This document shows positions 10,601 through 23,800 of a stretch of DNA of 64,000 bases, one piece after another (the stretch's first letter is position 1; the number at the start of each line of letters is the position of its first letter). The stretch lies in contig JAQBYT010000001.1 in the NCBI GenBank assembly GCA_027622665.1, positions 384,001 to 448,000 on the forward strand. Direction: 5' to 3'. A program made the translations under genes and the position numbers. The notes beneath the pieces were generated by a model that ran no database searches, was not told the origin of the DNA, and saw nothing but the letters and a program-made list of their open reading frames with translations. Source of the DNA: Verrucomicrobiota bacterium (GTDB lineage Bacteria > Verrucomicrobiota > Verrucomicrobiia > Opitutales > Seribacteraceae).

Positions 10601-11435
10601 GGTAGATTCATTGATTGACTGGACGGGTTCAATTTTAGGCATAAGGGAAGCAACTCTTTTGGTTAACGCCCTAAAAAGAAAACAAGGTACGGATTTGCTA
10701 AGTGCCCCACGGGTCACGGTCATGGATGGTCAGCCGGCAAGTATTACTATCGCTCAGGAATTCATTTACCCCACCGACTGGCAACTCCAGCAACAAGGAG
10801 GGGCAGGAGGGGGAGCAGGGGGAGCAGGTGGAGGCATACAGTTCCCTCAACCTGCACTTCCGCAATTTGATACTGTAGCACCCGATGATGAGCAACCTGG
10901 TTTTCGTGAAGTCGGTGTTGTCCTTGACGTCACTCCAAGGATCGAAAAATACAATTCAATCGCATTGGAGATAAATCCTAAAGTAACAGAGTTTGATGGT
11001 TTTATAGAATACGGGGGGCAGCAGATTGCGGCAGTCCAATCCTTTTCCGGCAGCGGCATAGTAACTTCGCCTTCAGGTATTCTCATGCCAATATTCTCGG
11101 TTCGAAAAGTGAGCACAACTGTAACCATCTTTGATGGTGCAACCGTTATTATTGGAGGGCTTACTCGCGAAGAAGTAAAGACAGTAAATGACAAAATTCC
11201 GGTTCTAGGGAATATTCCCCTCATCGGAAGACTATTTCAGTCGCAGGCGGAAAGTTATCAGAAGCGAAATTTGCTTATTTTCGTCTCGGCAAGTATTGTG
11301 AGCAGAGGTGGTTCCCCAGTGCGAGAAGTTATTCAAAACATCTCCCCGCAATCGATATTCAAAGATCCCGTGATCATGACGCCAACAGGCACGATAAGAA
11401 GACAGTTTAAGGGTGAGCTCGGAGGAGCCCCGTGA
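7671..11435 (+). CDS. Secretin (PilQ/GspD family, Amuc_1098-like) with Pro-rich N-terminus and TPR-like helical region
   Basis: QVEIETKFLEV, DLLSAPRVTVMDGQPASI, FREVGVVLDVTP, GATVIIGGL, KIPVLGNIPLIGRLFQS...KRNLLIFV. Confidence 0.93.
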   Translation: MKSLIADLARRKRAVVRTVFLLVGICAVSSGYAQSPPPLPPLPLVGEPVPGPDGFPPLPGLGGGEPAPVESPPLLPPLPGVLEPVDISPEAVDPLPLIDAGGPGVFPLGLIPSEPSTLPETELPPPLADGSNLSEPGKPDPVEVSGFSLPPVTDNAGLLRLLDEVRIRLRREDYQGAQALTEQTLRTFAETAENAFYLRQFRREQTNLYYRMAHKALKEKRYSLASQYLGHYQENVARDAEDRKRAREVRVGTQGKSDVSLVGKLVEELDEAKKELAEIRAKSGLPESDAKVDYERIMAQEQQELVKAKSRAERLLKKARIDSADGQYELAKDQVDEALSFLPKNVATIALISDLYKAKQQILWYRIGEAMQKGRVGNVQILVLEYQDVEKERRSEEVATLGIEEGPDFEGEMKKAREKAEQQAKLAERMLAGAKGNIRDKEYGKAQQDLVKITNYLEPSTRTWPIILDAAITRNQINLEKAEDARKAKDWELANQYTDEYRTGLLQDRNVMGAGDMDLGRPGLESTKGKGAVDNLMKRSDRMRGRIEDDMKNPYRRHISEFSPEREDQLEDLGKLLMRAKVQFINNDLTGAQETYRLIEARYSENYEAKQMLRRIAQVRQEESYLGYLQTRESMLEEINREWERPKVFERQIDDVKPVQETGNNLLEKLKTINIPAVQFFESPLPEVVAELQRLAKQFDFAEQDPTKKGVNIVVLQEAGEPPPNVTITLNGMALDRMISFISEMVGWSFDVRNDAVVLSKTGAGGGRPIGLETEFYEVSQGMKKRMIGEPAAGAGGADPFAPPGGGGGGGAAEDGAKIRDFLEQAGIPFEDARGHKFVFDDFQMIVTHQRRFLDLIERILERLDQDSSRQVEIETKFLEVQEGVLDEISFDWNMRWGARQPVFDSATGMPTIDSGGVEQFKYNKNFRGNSRTLALAHAPSGVERNIQITYDQNPEANQQFGQPIPMMPGNIGIGAGVDSLIDWTGSILGIREATLLVNALKRKQGTDLLSAPRVTVMDGQPASITIAQEFIYPTDWQLQQQGGAGGGAGGAGGGIQFPQPALPQFDTVAPDDEQPGFREVGVVLDVTPRIEKYNSIALEINPKVTEFDGFIEYGGQQIAAVQSFSGSGIVTSPSGILMPIFSVRKVSTTVTIFDGATVIIGGLTREEVKTVNDKIPVLGNIPLIGRLFQSQAESYQKRNLLIFVSASIVSRGGSPVREVIQNISPQSIFKDPVIMTPTGTIRRQFKGELGGAP

Positions 11436-11826
11436 GCCTGATTACGCTGAATGATTGTGCGGAATCTGAGCAAAATCGACGAAACAAAACAGAGGTTTCC
11501 TTTGGCTTGACGAAGCTTTTTGCAAAGATGGAGGCCATGTGCTTCTGTAAAAATTCCGAAAAAATGCATCATTTTCTATACTTTGGCTAATATGGGTCAC
11601 AGCAGACACATTTTGACCTCATCGGAAGTAAAGACGAACCCTTAATACATTTAATAATTAGCAAAATTAATCTTTCTCAGTTTTTACTGAAATTCTTATA
11701 TCCAGTATCCCTCGAAACTTTCATTTATTATACTTTTCCAAAAACATTTTTTTTTGCTTTACGAATCTCTTCGACATCAGTTCTTGGATTCATAAACCTT
11801 TAATAACCAAGCGCTTCAACTATTAA

Positions 11827-14800
11827 ATGTCTTCCTTGCTGAAAAAGACGGCTAAAGTGAAATTATTGTTTCGCGGTGCAGTATGGATGATTTCGTTAGC
11901 TGGTATTATCGGAACAGTGGTTTTTTTGCTCTCGCGCCTGCCCGAGAATACTATTTCCACTAAAAAACAAGACGACCCCGTTCTCGCCCCTAATGGTACT
12001 CCCCGGGCTCTGGGAAAAGTGACTTTACCTAATGTCCCTTCGTCTGAATCTCTCGAATGGTGCTCTCCATCTCGAATAATCGCGACTAAAGCCGATCCGG
12101 TCTTCAAGCTTTTTGGCCAGTGGGTTGCTGCTCGTAAGGAGGGCAGGGCGGAAGTCGAGAAAGGCGTTGTTTTGGCGAAGGAGCGCCGGGAGGTTCTCGT
12201 TCACTTGATCCGTACCGACCCGGAGGCCGCCTTGTCCTTGGCAGTTCCGGAGATCGACAGGCACGATCTACCCAAGGCCATTCTCCCCTTCTTGGGCCGG
12301 TGGGTGAATACTTATGCGGATGTCGAAGCGGTTCATTTTTGTTTGGATCCAAACCACTTGGGCGGCTTCATCAGGCACACCGTCATTCTTCCTGATGGTC
12401 GTCGCCTGAAGGCATCTCTTTACGGAAAGCGCGAAAAACTTCCCACGATGAAGGGCCTCGCCATTCGGGGCATCGCTGTGGGCGATAAGTTGGCGGTGGA
12501 CGAAAATCCTGTCCGCCGCCTAGGAGAAACCGAACTTCGAGATCGCCAACTAGAAGGCTTGGCCGCAGTGGAAATTGCCGATGCAATATATGAATTTCCA
12601 CGCCGGGAAGGTGTTCTTGCCTTTGAGCGTCGAGTGCGTGAAGCCGAGCGCCGGGCCGGGCGTCATCGAGTGCGTTATCCGGTAATTGCCAGCAGTTTGG
12701 GCTCGAGTACGATTATTGACCTCAAGTACAAGGTGGTTACCGTGTCTTCCGATTGGGAGACGGCCAAGGAAGATGCGGAGAACAGCGGTGGACGGTTGGT
12801 TTGCATCGGTTCCGCTCAGGAAAATGAGGATGTTCGCAAGCTTTTGGCTGATGCCAACGTCATGGGCTTGTTTCCCGAATACAACGGCACGGTGCCATAT
12901 GCCTGGATCGGGGGGACGGATGACGAGAATACTAGTGGAAGTTCTTTCAACAAAGTTACGGACTCCACCGAATATTTTGACTTGAATGCTACGGAAGGAA
13001 ACTGGACTTGGCTCGACGGGACCACTTTTGCCGCCTATTCCAACTGGGCAGACGGCGAAAACGATAACGCAACGAACCCCGTGCTTGCGGAAGCGGAAGA
13101 CTTTGCCGTTATGGACTGGAATGCCGGCGGTCTCTGGCGGGACCTAAAGCGAGATTTTCATTTGCCATACGTTATAGAGATGGATCTTGGTGATCAGCCC
13201 GATGCGAGTGACGTTCCTATTTCCGACAACCGTAAAGTGTTGGTTATACGAGCTCGTTTTCAGGATGAGGGCGTGGAATACGCCGGATCGTCCAAGCCTG
13301 TTGTTGACCAGGATGGCAACATAATAAATCCCGACAAACAGCAAGATGTTTTCGAGCCCGTTACCGGACTTCAAGTGCGTCAAGAAATGGAAAAAGTACG
13401 AGAATTTTATCAACGGAATTCGGATGGCAAACTGAACCTGGACTATGTAATCACAGGAACCGTGACGATACCCTACAAAAGGTGGGAACAGCATGAAATG
13501 TTTGGTGACATCGCGACTGTGACCACTCCGGATTTTATGGATGCAGCGATAGTCATAGGAGCTCCAATGGCGCGAGCTGCGCAGGTGAGCCCCGAGGATT
13601 GGGATTTCAGTGGACCAGCCTTCAACGGAGTGATCGGCATAGAGGTGAATGCCAGTGGAGGCGGCTACCTTTATCCACCCCTTGTTCGAATCGAGGGTGG
13701 CGGAGGCGCAGGAGCGAAAGCCGAGACCTTTCTTGATAACAATGGTAGCATTGCATCGGTTTTGGTTACGGATACGGGAAGGGACTACACCTCCGTTCCC
13801 GCGATTACGGTCGAAGGGGCCCATCAAGACCCCAATGGTGACGCTAATGCCACGCTGAGTGCTAAGGTCGGAAGGACTGCGGTTTCATGGATATCCATCA
13901 CCACGGGGGGTAACCCCGGAGGGGTGGGCATGGTTGGCGCCCCGGGCTCACACGTCAATGCAGCGACATGGGATGCTGGTGTTGCGGTCCATGAGCTTGG
14001 GCATAACTTCGGGTTCCAGCATGCCAATCGGTACGAGTCCGTTGGCGAGAAAGCAATTAGCGACGAAGGCGGAACGATCGATTACGGCAATCCATATTCC
14101 GTCATGGGCACGGGAGGCATTGGAGCCGACCTTACGGTGGCAGCCAAATCCGTTGCCCAGTTTGGCTACACGACCAGTTCTGCCACGGGAGCTGACGTGA
14201 CCGTCCTTGCCACGGGAGCTGACATTGTGGCAAGCAGATGGCGTGAATTGAACGCCACCCGGCAAAACGTTTTTCGAGTCTACCGACACGACCACGGTTC
14301 AGCCCCATATCCATTGCGGTTAGGGTCCTACCATGTGATCATACCGACCGATGTCGACTTGCCTACTGATTTCAACGGGAGCATAACCGTGGCTATTGGC
14401 GGTCCGGGCACGGAGGCGACTGCCTCCGCCTCCGTTACCGGGTCTGACCGTAGTTACATTTTGGAGATTGAGAATCCCGGCATCGGTTTTTCGGAAGAGC
14501 CGAGAATCGAGTTGATTAACGAACAAAACGCCACTCTATTGCTTGATCCTGCTTGGATTCAGGTTTTGGCGGGCCAAAAATCGATAAAAGCCGAATTGCG
14601 AGATCGCTCACCGTCTTCCGCCAAGGGATTGCGAGCCATTCGTTTGTCCGCCTCCTCGAAAGCCCCTTACTCCTCCTACCTTGTCTCTTACAGGCAAGCC
14701 GCAACAAAAAATGGCCTGAACTTATTAAATGCCGATGGCTCCGACAACATTTTGCTGGATCTCACCCGCAACACGCCTGACGATTTTAACGACGGTTCCC

Positions 14801-17800
14801 TAATGATAGGGCAGACCTATTCGGACTACGACAGCGACATACACGTCACGCCCGTATCGCGAGGTGGAAATTCACCGATGGAATATTTGGAAGTCGCCGT
14901 GAACGTGGGGACAGTTGCGGCCGAAAACGCATCCGCCCCATTATTCTCCCTGCAGACAAGTAATCTTCGCCCGGAGGTAAATCAAGGAGTCGAATTTACC
15001 GTCATGTTGACCGGGGATGCCAACCTTTCGCGATATGCCTTCTCTTGGTATTACGACGAGAGACCTCTTATTGGTAACGCCTACCTAAACCAGCCAACAA
15101 TAATAAAGACTTTCGACTCCGTGGGGAACCATAACCTCCGTGCAGTGGTTTCCGACATGAAGGGTGGCGTATCCTCGCAAACCGTAGTCCTTGCCGTGGG
15201 CGAGCCCGAGCAAGCCGGCATATCGCGCATCGAGGGCGTGGTCGAATCCACCACCGGACCCGTGCAGGGGGCAAGGGTAGTCCTGCAAAAGGCTCCCGTC
15301 ATTCAGCATGTGGTCACCGTCTCGGGCGACCTTATTTCTTCTCGGATACCAGGGGGACAGGCGTACGCCACGAAATTCCTCATTGATGGTCAAAGGGCGC
15401 CTCGTCTCGAATTTCGACGAGGAGAGATTCACCGTTTTGAGTACGAGCCGTCCGCGGAAGGTTATCCAATCACTTTTTATTCCGCCCCGGACAGCGAGCC
15501 GGCCAAGGTGGAATTGAAGCTCATTTACTCTCCCAGAGTGGAAGAGCCGGGTTCGGGTTACAGGCAAAATCCGGCAGTCGTGCTGGATGGCGGAATTTTC
15601 GACTCCTACGAAAGCAACCTCATTCGTTCCTACGTCGAATATCTTGAGGAGAATGGTTCGAGCACGACCCTAGCCAGGATTGTTTACAAGCCATATGCAA
15701 AATCACTCCTGATGGATACCGGGGTAGAAGCTATACATACTCGCAAAGTGGCGGATACTCAAGGCGGCGATGGGCATCACCCGGCTTCCCCGCCTTCGGT
15801 CACTATTAGTCGGCAAAGTCTCTGGGAAGATTACAGCGATTTAAATGCCACGGCCAAAGCTTACGTAGATGGAGTGGGTACCATCTTCGTTCTAGAGGCC
15901 GGTGCGGGCTATCCGGATTCTCCATCCATCGCCGTTGTGGGGCGCGGCGTGGAAGCATCCGCATCGACCCAAACAATGGGGGTCACAAACGAAAAAGGCC
16001 AAACGCAACAGGACATGATCAAGAAAGTTTCCGTTGTCGACCAAGGTCAAGGTTATGACCTCAACACTACCTTGGCGACCGCCTTGTACCCCCCCAACCC
16101 TTTTGCCTACTGGTCCTTCGATCGCGAGGAATCCTTATTCCGCCAGAATTACTATCCCCGCAAGGACAAGCTTATGCTGGAACCCTCCCCCGGCTGGCTC
16201 CGACCCATTACCCGGAGCTTGAAAGCCCATTGGTCGATGGACGAGGAGAATTCCACCATGGAACTGAACGCTACCATCGCCGATCATCACATCGGGGCCA
16301 CTCCCGTTCTCGGGCAAAAAACCGATTACAACGCCACCATGGAACTGAACGCTACCATCGCCGATCGCTCCGAGTGGGGCATTCGAGGTCGAGCCATACG
16401 GCTTCAAGGTAATTCTACCGTCGAGGAATATCTCGCTCCTGATTCACCTAACAAATTTCTTGGCGATTCCTTTACGGTTTCCCTTTGGGTGAAGCCCGAT
16501 GGTAGCGGCAGTTTTCACGGACTGGCCTCCCAGGCCGGGACTGGGGATGCCTTTTCGCTCTACTGGAATACCGTTGATTTCATTGGAATTCTTTATCAAG
16601 CGGAGGAAAATGGCGGTTTGGTAAGCGACGTTGTTTTGGAGGGAGGTGATTTAAATGCCGGTGAATGGACACATGTCGCCTATGCCTTCGACGAAGACTC
16701 CGCGACCGCGAGCATGTATGTGATGGGTGAACTGGTGGCCAGCAAGACCTTTACTCTCGCTGGCAACTTCAACAAAATTTCTGGGCGTGCCTCGGACTTT
16801 ATTCTAGGTAAGGCCTTTACGGAAACCTCAAGCACCGAATACCTCAACGGTTTTCTAGACGAAGTCAGCGTCTTCGACCGTGCCTTGGAGCCACGTGAGA
16901 TTCGCCAACTGTCTGGCGATTTGTTTCTCGATCTTTCCGGACAAAACCGTCACGGCGTCGCCATGGATATGCCGATGAACGATCCCGACGAGTTGAACGC
17001 AGGGGTGGTGGCGGGCAACCAAAACGACGGCCTCGACCTTAGCGGCGCCCGATACGTCGACCTTTCGCAGACCGCCCAAGACTTTGCCGCGCTCAGCACG
17101 GGCAGCGTCAGCTTCTGGTTCAAGACGACTTCCTTGGAGGACGGAACGCCCGCTGACGGTACTATTCTGGCCGCCTCGGACAAAGATGCCCCCGATTCCT
17201 TCTTTCGACTTATGGTTCGCGATACGGGTCAGCTCCAGTTTCATGTGTCCAACGACGGGGTGGAGGTTACGCGCTTTTATACCGAGAACATCTTCAACGA
17301 CTTCAAGTGGCACCACGGGGTGCTTGTTGTAAACGAGGCGGACTCACTGTTTTACGTCGATGGCATAGCCGTGGGGTTGCGTATTGCAGGACAAGGGCAA
17401 AGCGCTCCCCGTGGCTTTTTCGCCGACATTGAGAACATCGATTACATGGGCATCGGTCGCCACCAAACGAGCGAGGCAAACCAAACCAATTATTTCAGCG
17501 GCGAACTCGATGAAGTCTGGATTTTCGATCGTGTTCTCGAGGCTCCGGAAATATCTTTTTTACACGATTTGCGCCCCGAAGTTAAAGATGTCTTTCGAGC
17601 CTCGCTGGAGGCTCGCGTGGATTCAGTGGGAACGGTGAAAGTGACTGCCCCCGGAGCAGGCTACAAGGAGACCCCGGCGGTAACCTTTTCTCCGGGCGAT
17701 ACAGTCGGTTATACGTGGATAGGCTCCGCCGAGGACGGGAACGTGTCTCGGTGGTTGCCCTTGAACTTGGCACCCGGGTCCAGTCAACCGGATGAGTGGG

Positions 17801-20800
17801 ATGCCTCCGCCACCTACGTAAAGGGTGATTTGGTTCGTTACCGAAACAACGCTCTAGCCAATTGGTATACCTATTCCGCCTTTCGCGAGAACAACGACAA
17901 GAAACCCCTGGAGGCGAACCTCATGGAGAACAATTCTCGTCACATTTATCCCGATGCCGTGTGGCAAAGGCATGAACGCAGCGAGGGCAGTATGACCTAC
18001 GGAGTTCTCTATCTCCAGCCGACAGGCCTGGAAAGCATTCTGCTAACCAAGGACATGGGTCCGGCGGCGGTTTCAAATAATTTCAACCACTTTCTCCTGC
18101 CTGACGGCAACCCAGTCGAGCGGAGATACGTCGAATACGTCGGCGAAAACGGAACTGCATACGAGCTAAGCGGAGGTCATGTGTGGGCTCATTCATTTGC
18201 GTCTTCCCAATATTATTCACTACCGAAGCCTGGGCCCGCGTCTGGCGTTTTTGGATTTCGGGCTCCGCCCTCGATTGTCATCGAGGGCTCCGAAACCGAT
18301 GACAACGCCACCGGTAGTCATCTGTTCTATATTGATCCGGTGGAATCTGTTCTCATTACAGATCCCGGAAACGGATATTTGGATCCCGAAGGGATTGCTG
18401 TCGGGGATGTGCGCTTTCGCGGAAAGGGCTCTACCCCCCCTCGGTTCGAGGCCATAATGAGGGAACAAGCCATCCATGGATTCATTTTAAGAAGGCCGGG
18501 CACCGGGCCCTATGACTTCGACGTCGAAGGCAACTCCACCCTCGACGGCATTTTTGATACGCTTACGGAGAGAGGATTGGGCGGTCTCAGCGATGGTGAA
18601 AGATCTCTGAGTATGCTAAAGCCAGCCGCATTAGCGGGAACTCCGGAAATAACGACGAAAGATAACGGCGACATTGTTTATTATCCGGCATCGGAGGGGT
18701 TTTGGGGCACTCGCGACGTTTTCTATGACGCCAAAGACGGTCAATTGAAGTTGCGCAATCCCGAGCGACTGTTGAGTTTCATTGGAGACGGCACAGGAGA
18801 GAAGCCGCCCGTGGTCGAGGTATTTCTCTCCGACAAATTGGACGTGGAACGGGGCGTGGCCCCCCGAAAGTACGAAGTCAAGGCTATGCGGATAATGCCC
18901 GCGGAAGACCTGGGATCGGCGAAACCCGACTACGGTTCCGGCTGGGTGAAGCCGCCCACGATTTATTTCGATTTGAATGCGACCGCTGACCGCCAAGTTA
19001 ATGCGAGCAGCTTGACTTTTACGAACATGTTGTCCCACGTACAGATACTGGACAGTGGGCTCGGCTACTCCGTGCCGGTGGAAGTTAATTTCCACGGCGG
19101 GTATGACATCCCATGGAATTACAAGGACTTGAATCATTCCCGAGCCCGCATTCTGCCCGACGAGGTCGATGAGAACGGAACCCTTTCGGCGGATGCCATC
19201 GAGTTGCTGGATCCCGGTACCGGCTATAGTCGACCTCCCTTCGTTTCCATAACCGGCGGCGGAGGAGTCGGTGCTCGCGCTCGTGCTTTTCTTAATGACA
19301 GCGGGGAGGTCGCCGCTATCCTCGTTACGAACGGTGGTCGCGGCTATTTCAATCTGGACGCAAACAACACCCCCAAGGCGGTCTTGGTTTATCCCGCGGG
19401 ACAAGCGACAAAGGATGCCAACGTTACTATGCGCTTGGGTGGCTCTCTCGACGAAATTCCCGTGCAAGGCTTGGAATCGACCCGTTTACACCATATTGCC
19501 CCATGGGTACTGATTACGGACAACGCCGGAACGGGCAAAGGCGCCACTGCATTTGCCAAGGTGGTGAACGGTCGTATTGAGAAAGTGATCGTGGAAAACG
19601 CAGGTAACAGTTATCTCGACCCACGCATTGAAATCCTTACCGCGTCTCCAAATAATGCAGATGCATTATTTTTATCCAACCCCAATTACAGGGACGAGAT
19701 CGACGGCTGGATACCATTTAATGCCAGATGTTCAGCGATTTTCAGCAATGGCCAGATCGTCGAAATCATCGTAGATAATCCCGGGTCGGGTTATGCTAGC
19801 CCTGAGATTGTGGTGGCGGGGACGGGCTCGGGCGTGGAGGCAATACCCGTGTTCGGCGATACAGGCAAGATCGTCCGCATAGTTTATGACGATCCTGCTC
19901 TCAAGAACGAGGAACTGAGCCCAGTGTCCTCGCCCTCCGGGGCGGGCCAGGGATTTTCCGAACGTCCATGGGCATTGGGCGAGGTGGTGCGCGTAACAGT
20001 GGTGGACGAGTATTCCTACTCTCGAGCCAATCATTTTCACGAAGCTGCTTTTCCATTGAAAACGGCGGACCTCTTCATTGGCTTGCCTGCCACGCGTGAC
20101 TCCGCGGGTGATCAAGTTTCCGAATTCACGATCCATGACCATGGCATTGGTTACGGTGCCGATGCCCCTTCCATCCGCATCGATTTCAATTCCAGCCATG
20201 CCAAAAGTTTCAGAGACGCTTGTGCCACAGCTTTCCTTACCAGGGGGTTGAGCGAGATGGTTCTCGAAGGCAACGGAACCTATGAAGATTCCAACGGCAA
20301 GTGGCGGTCCGTTTTCGAAGAAATTCCGGTAGTAGAAATTCATCGCGCAAACCTTGAAGAAGAAGATGCCTACAAGCTGACAAGTGTTGGGCGCAACGGG
20401 GATATCGATTACGATCCATTGGCCCACCGGCGTTTCATAGACGTAGTGGTCGACGATGCGTTTCCTTCTTACTCCAGTTATTCTCTTTCGGATTGGGACC
20501 GCGAGGGTTTGGGTGGCGAAATTCACACTCTCGATTCGGCCCCCTCCCTTGATTGGCGTGTGGTGACCAAGTGGGAGCCCGGCAAATACCGGAAGGGAGA
20601 CGTCGTATGGTGGGAGACCGATGCCTACGAAGCTCTCGCCACCTTTGTCTCGGGGAGTTTGAAAACGGAATCCGCCGGAGAAGACGGGGACCAGTTTTGG
20701 CGCAAGCTTAACGGGCAAAGCGGCGCCATGTCGGCCTTAGGTGTAGTAACAGCCTTCAACCATGAATTTGGATCTAGTAGCATATCTGTTTCTCGGGTAC

Positions 20801-23800
20801 GGAGGGAGAATGGTTCCGCAGCGTTCTTTCACATAGGTGACAGATCTCAAGAGACTGAAATTCTTGGTGAAAACGTATATACTTGGGCGTACCTGCCCGA
20901 CGCTTGGATTTCCTATACCGACAGCAACGGTTATTATTCGTTTCCGAACCTCGAGCCGGGATTGTACAATGCGGCCGTGCTTGCGGAGGATTCCAACTTG
21001 GAAGAAATTACTTTTCGCGAGGATGGTAATTCGACCGTTACCCATGTGGTGTACGTGCCGGGCATTCCATCGCTTAGGCTGGAAACCGACGAAAATGGCG
21101 TAGGCTCGAGCAGTCTCATTTGGCCGGAAGACGTATTGCGTCTGGGAGAGTCGGCTTCCACCAAGAAAATCCTCAAGGGGATCGGAGCCGGGTTTCGCCC
21201 CGGGACTCTCCCTGTGTTTTCGATCACTGCGGATTCCAAAAACACCGGCAGAGGGATACCCAATCTTTCGGTAACCGTAAATCCTGACGGTTCCCTCGAC
21301 ATAGAGACCGTGGACGAGAATTCATCCAATCATAATTCGGCTGACAGTTTCACGGTGTTTTACGGCTCCACAATTTCAGGGCTGAACTTCAAGGAAGATT
21401 ACTTTTTCGATCGGCTTGACGATGCCTATTGGATGGGAAGAAAGGCTGCAGTGGATGCCAATGCGTCCCGACTCATCATCTCTCCGTCGGCAGGTGTGAA
21501 TTCGGTGGAAATGCCAATTTCATCTTCTGAGGCGGGCGACTTGAATATGACCTTTTCGGCAAAGGGCTACGACTGGAACGGTACGCTTCTGGATACCGAT
21601 GACATACAGTGGAAACTGGAGTTCGACTTCAATTCGACCGAGGGGAACCTAACGAAGTTGGCATCTCTCAGCACTGTTGACGGCAATTCCACAACTTTGA
21701 CTTTGCGCTCGACTCTGCGATCGGGCAAAATCGCCTTGGTTCGGGTGGATGCCGGAGGCACAGGTTATTCGGACGACAATTCCACCCTTGTTGAAATCTT
21801 TGGCGATGGGTCGGGCGCCTTCGCTCGCATTTCCGAAGTCAACTCCACCGATGGTGCAGTCAAGGCAATCGAAGTGGTTGAGGGCGGAAGGGGTTATTCG
21901 GTGATTTCCGGCATTCGTTTGACCCGCCCGGAAGGCCAGATCGGAACCGATGCCAATTTGACCGCCTTAGTTGGCGGAGGGCTTTGGCTGAAAGCGACCT
22001 TGGGATCCCTTGAGCAAAAGGTGCGACTGGAGGCATCCCATAGGGCTCAACTGTCGGAAAAGGAGCAGTGGTCGGATCTCCACTTCGATACGGTTCGGGA
22101 GGATTTTATCGATTGGAATGACGATAACGACAGCGACGGACTCAACAACTCCTTGGAGTTTAGCTATCGAACCAACCCTTGGAACGCCGATTCCGATGGC
22201 GATGGTCTTAGCGACGGAAACGAAACGACCTTGATGACCGACCCCAATAATGCCGATACCGATTCCGATGGCTTGCTCGATGGCGTCGAAACCAATACGA
22301 ATACATATGTTGATGTAAACAATACCGGAACTAACCCGAAAAATCCTGATACCGATGGGGATGGCTGGCCCGATGGGCTTGAAGTGAGTTTTGGTCTGGA
22401 TCCTCACAAGACGGAAAAGGGCGGAGCGGGCATCTCCGGAATGATTTACTTTAAAGGAGAGATGAACGGCACCCTCTATGTTTTTGCCATTCCCGAGGGC
22501 GAGCCTCCTTTCGCTGAGGAGACGGCCGTCAGTGAGTTTTTGGGAGGCGACAAACCTCTCACTCCCTCTTCCGCAACCTTTTATTTTTTCAAGAACCTGC
22601 CGGCTGGAAAAAAATACGAAATACATGCTTTTATTGATCGGGGCGAAAGTGGTGACCCAAGTAACAAGGTTTACGATTACGGTGAGCCGGTCGGCAGCTA
22701 TTCCGGCTCGTGGGACGGGAATCTTTCCGAGGACCGCTCACAGGTGAATTTTGTCGTTAAAGATCCGCCGCCTCACCTCACGTTGTTACCAATGGTTGGG
22801 TCTGTTATGGGGGGAGTCGATGGCAAAGAAGAAATCGCAGTTTATCTTAATCCCGGGGTTAAAGTTTTTCATCTGAAGCCTGTGGCCAATGATGATTATG
22901 ATGGGATAATTGATCCTAAAACCGTTAGTCCCAGCAGCACCTATCCCTTGGATGGAAACGCTACAGGGATAATTACCATCACTGAGTTGGACGCAACCGA
23001 AGGGAGCGGAACCCTAGAGGTTTCATCTACCGCTCTGCCGGGAGTGTACCACTTGATCTATGCGGCTGCCGATTCTGCGGGTAGCGCTAGTGCCATTACT
23101 CGGATAATCGTAATTCGCGACAGCATTCCGCCGGAGATTTCATTGTTTCCCGATGAATCAGTAGTAGTGGCCTATGAATATGAAGCGGGCACGAAATGGA
23201 AAGATCCGGGCTATTCGGCAATTGACGTCGTTGACGGCAACTTGACTCACAAAGTGGGCGTCGCGCTACCTTCGGGTTGGGATTCTGGTGACGTGGGAAT
23301 CGTTTTGGGGTTTTACAATTTAAATTATACTGTTCAAGACATCGCAGGAAACCAAGCGCTGGCCACTAGAATAGTGGAAATTGTAGATACCAGTGCTCCA
23401 GATCTGTTACTCTTTGGCAGTCCGTCCATGAACCTGAACAAAGGTGAAACCTTCCTTGAGCCCGGTTATTCGGCTCTCGATACTGTGGACGGCGATCTTA
23501 GCAACAGGGTGACGGTTTCAGGATCTGAAACTTTAGAAGAAAACGTTACCGGAACTTACGAACTTAACTATTCGGTAATCGATGATTCCGGCAACGAGAT
23601 TAATAGCACACGAACCATCTACGTAGCAGACTGGAACTACACCATTGCGGGCAAGGCGATGGATGGATATCTCGTTGGGGCAAGCGTTGTTTTCGATATT
23701 GACGGAAATGGTACTCACGATCTGTCGAGCCCAGTTCTTACCGATGAAAGCGGCGCTTTTTCCTTTGCCTTTACGACGGAAGAATTTCTGATGACCGATA

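Noticed and set aside
11436..11826. AT-rich intergenic region as an ncRNA or mobile-element end
   Set aside because: No tRNA fold, terminal repeats or convincing structure seen; likely a promoter region
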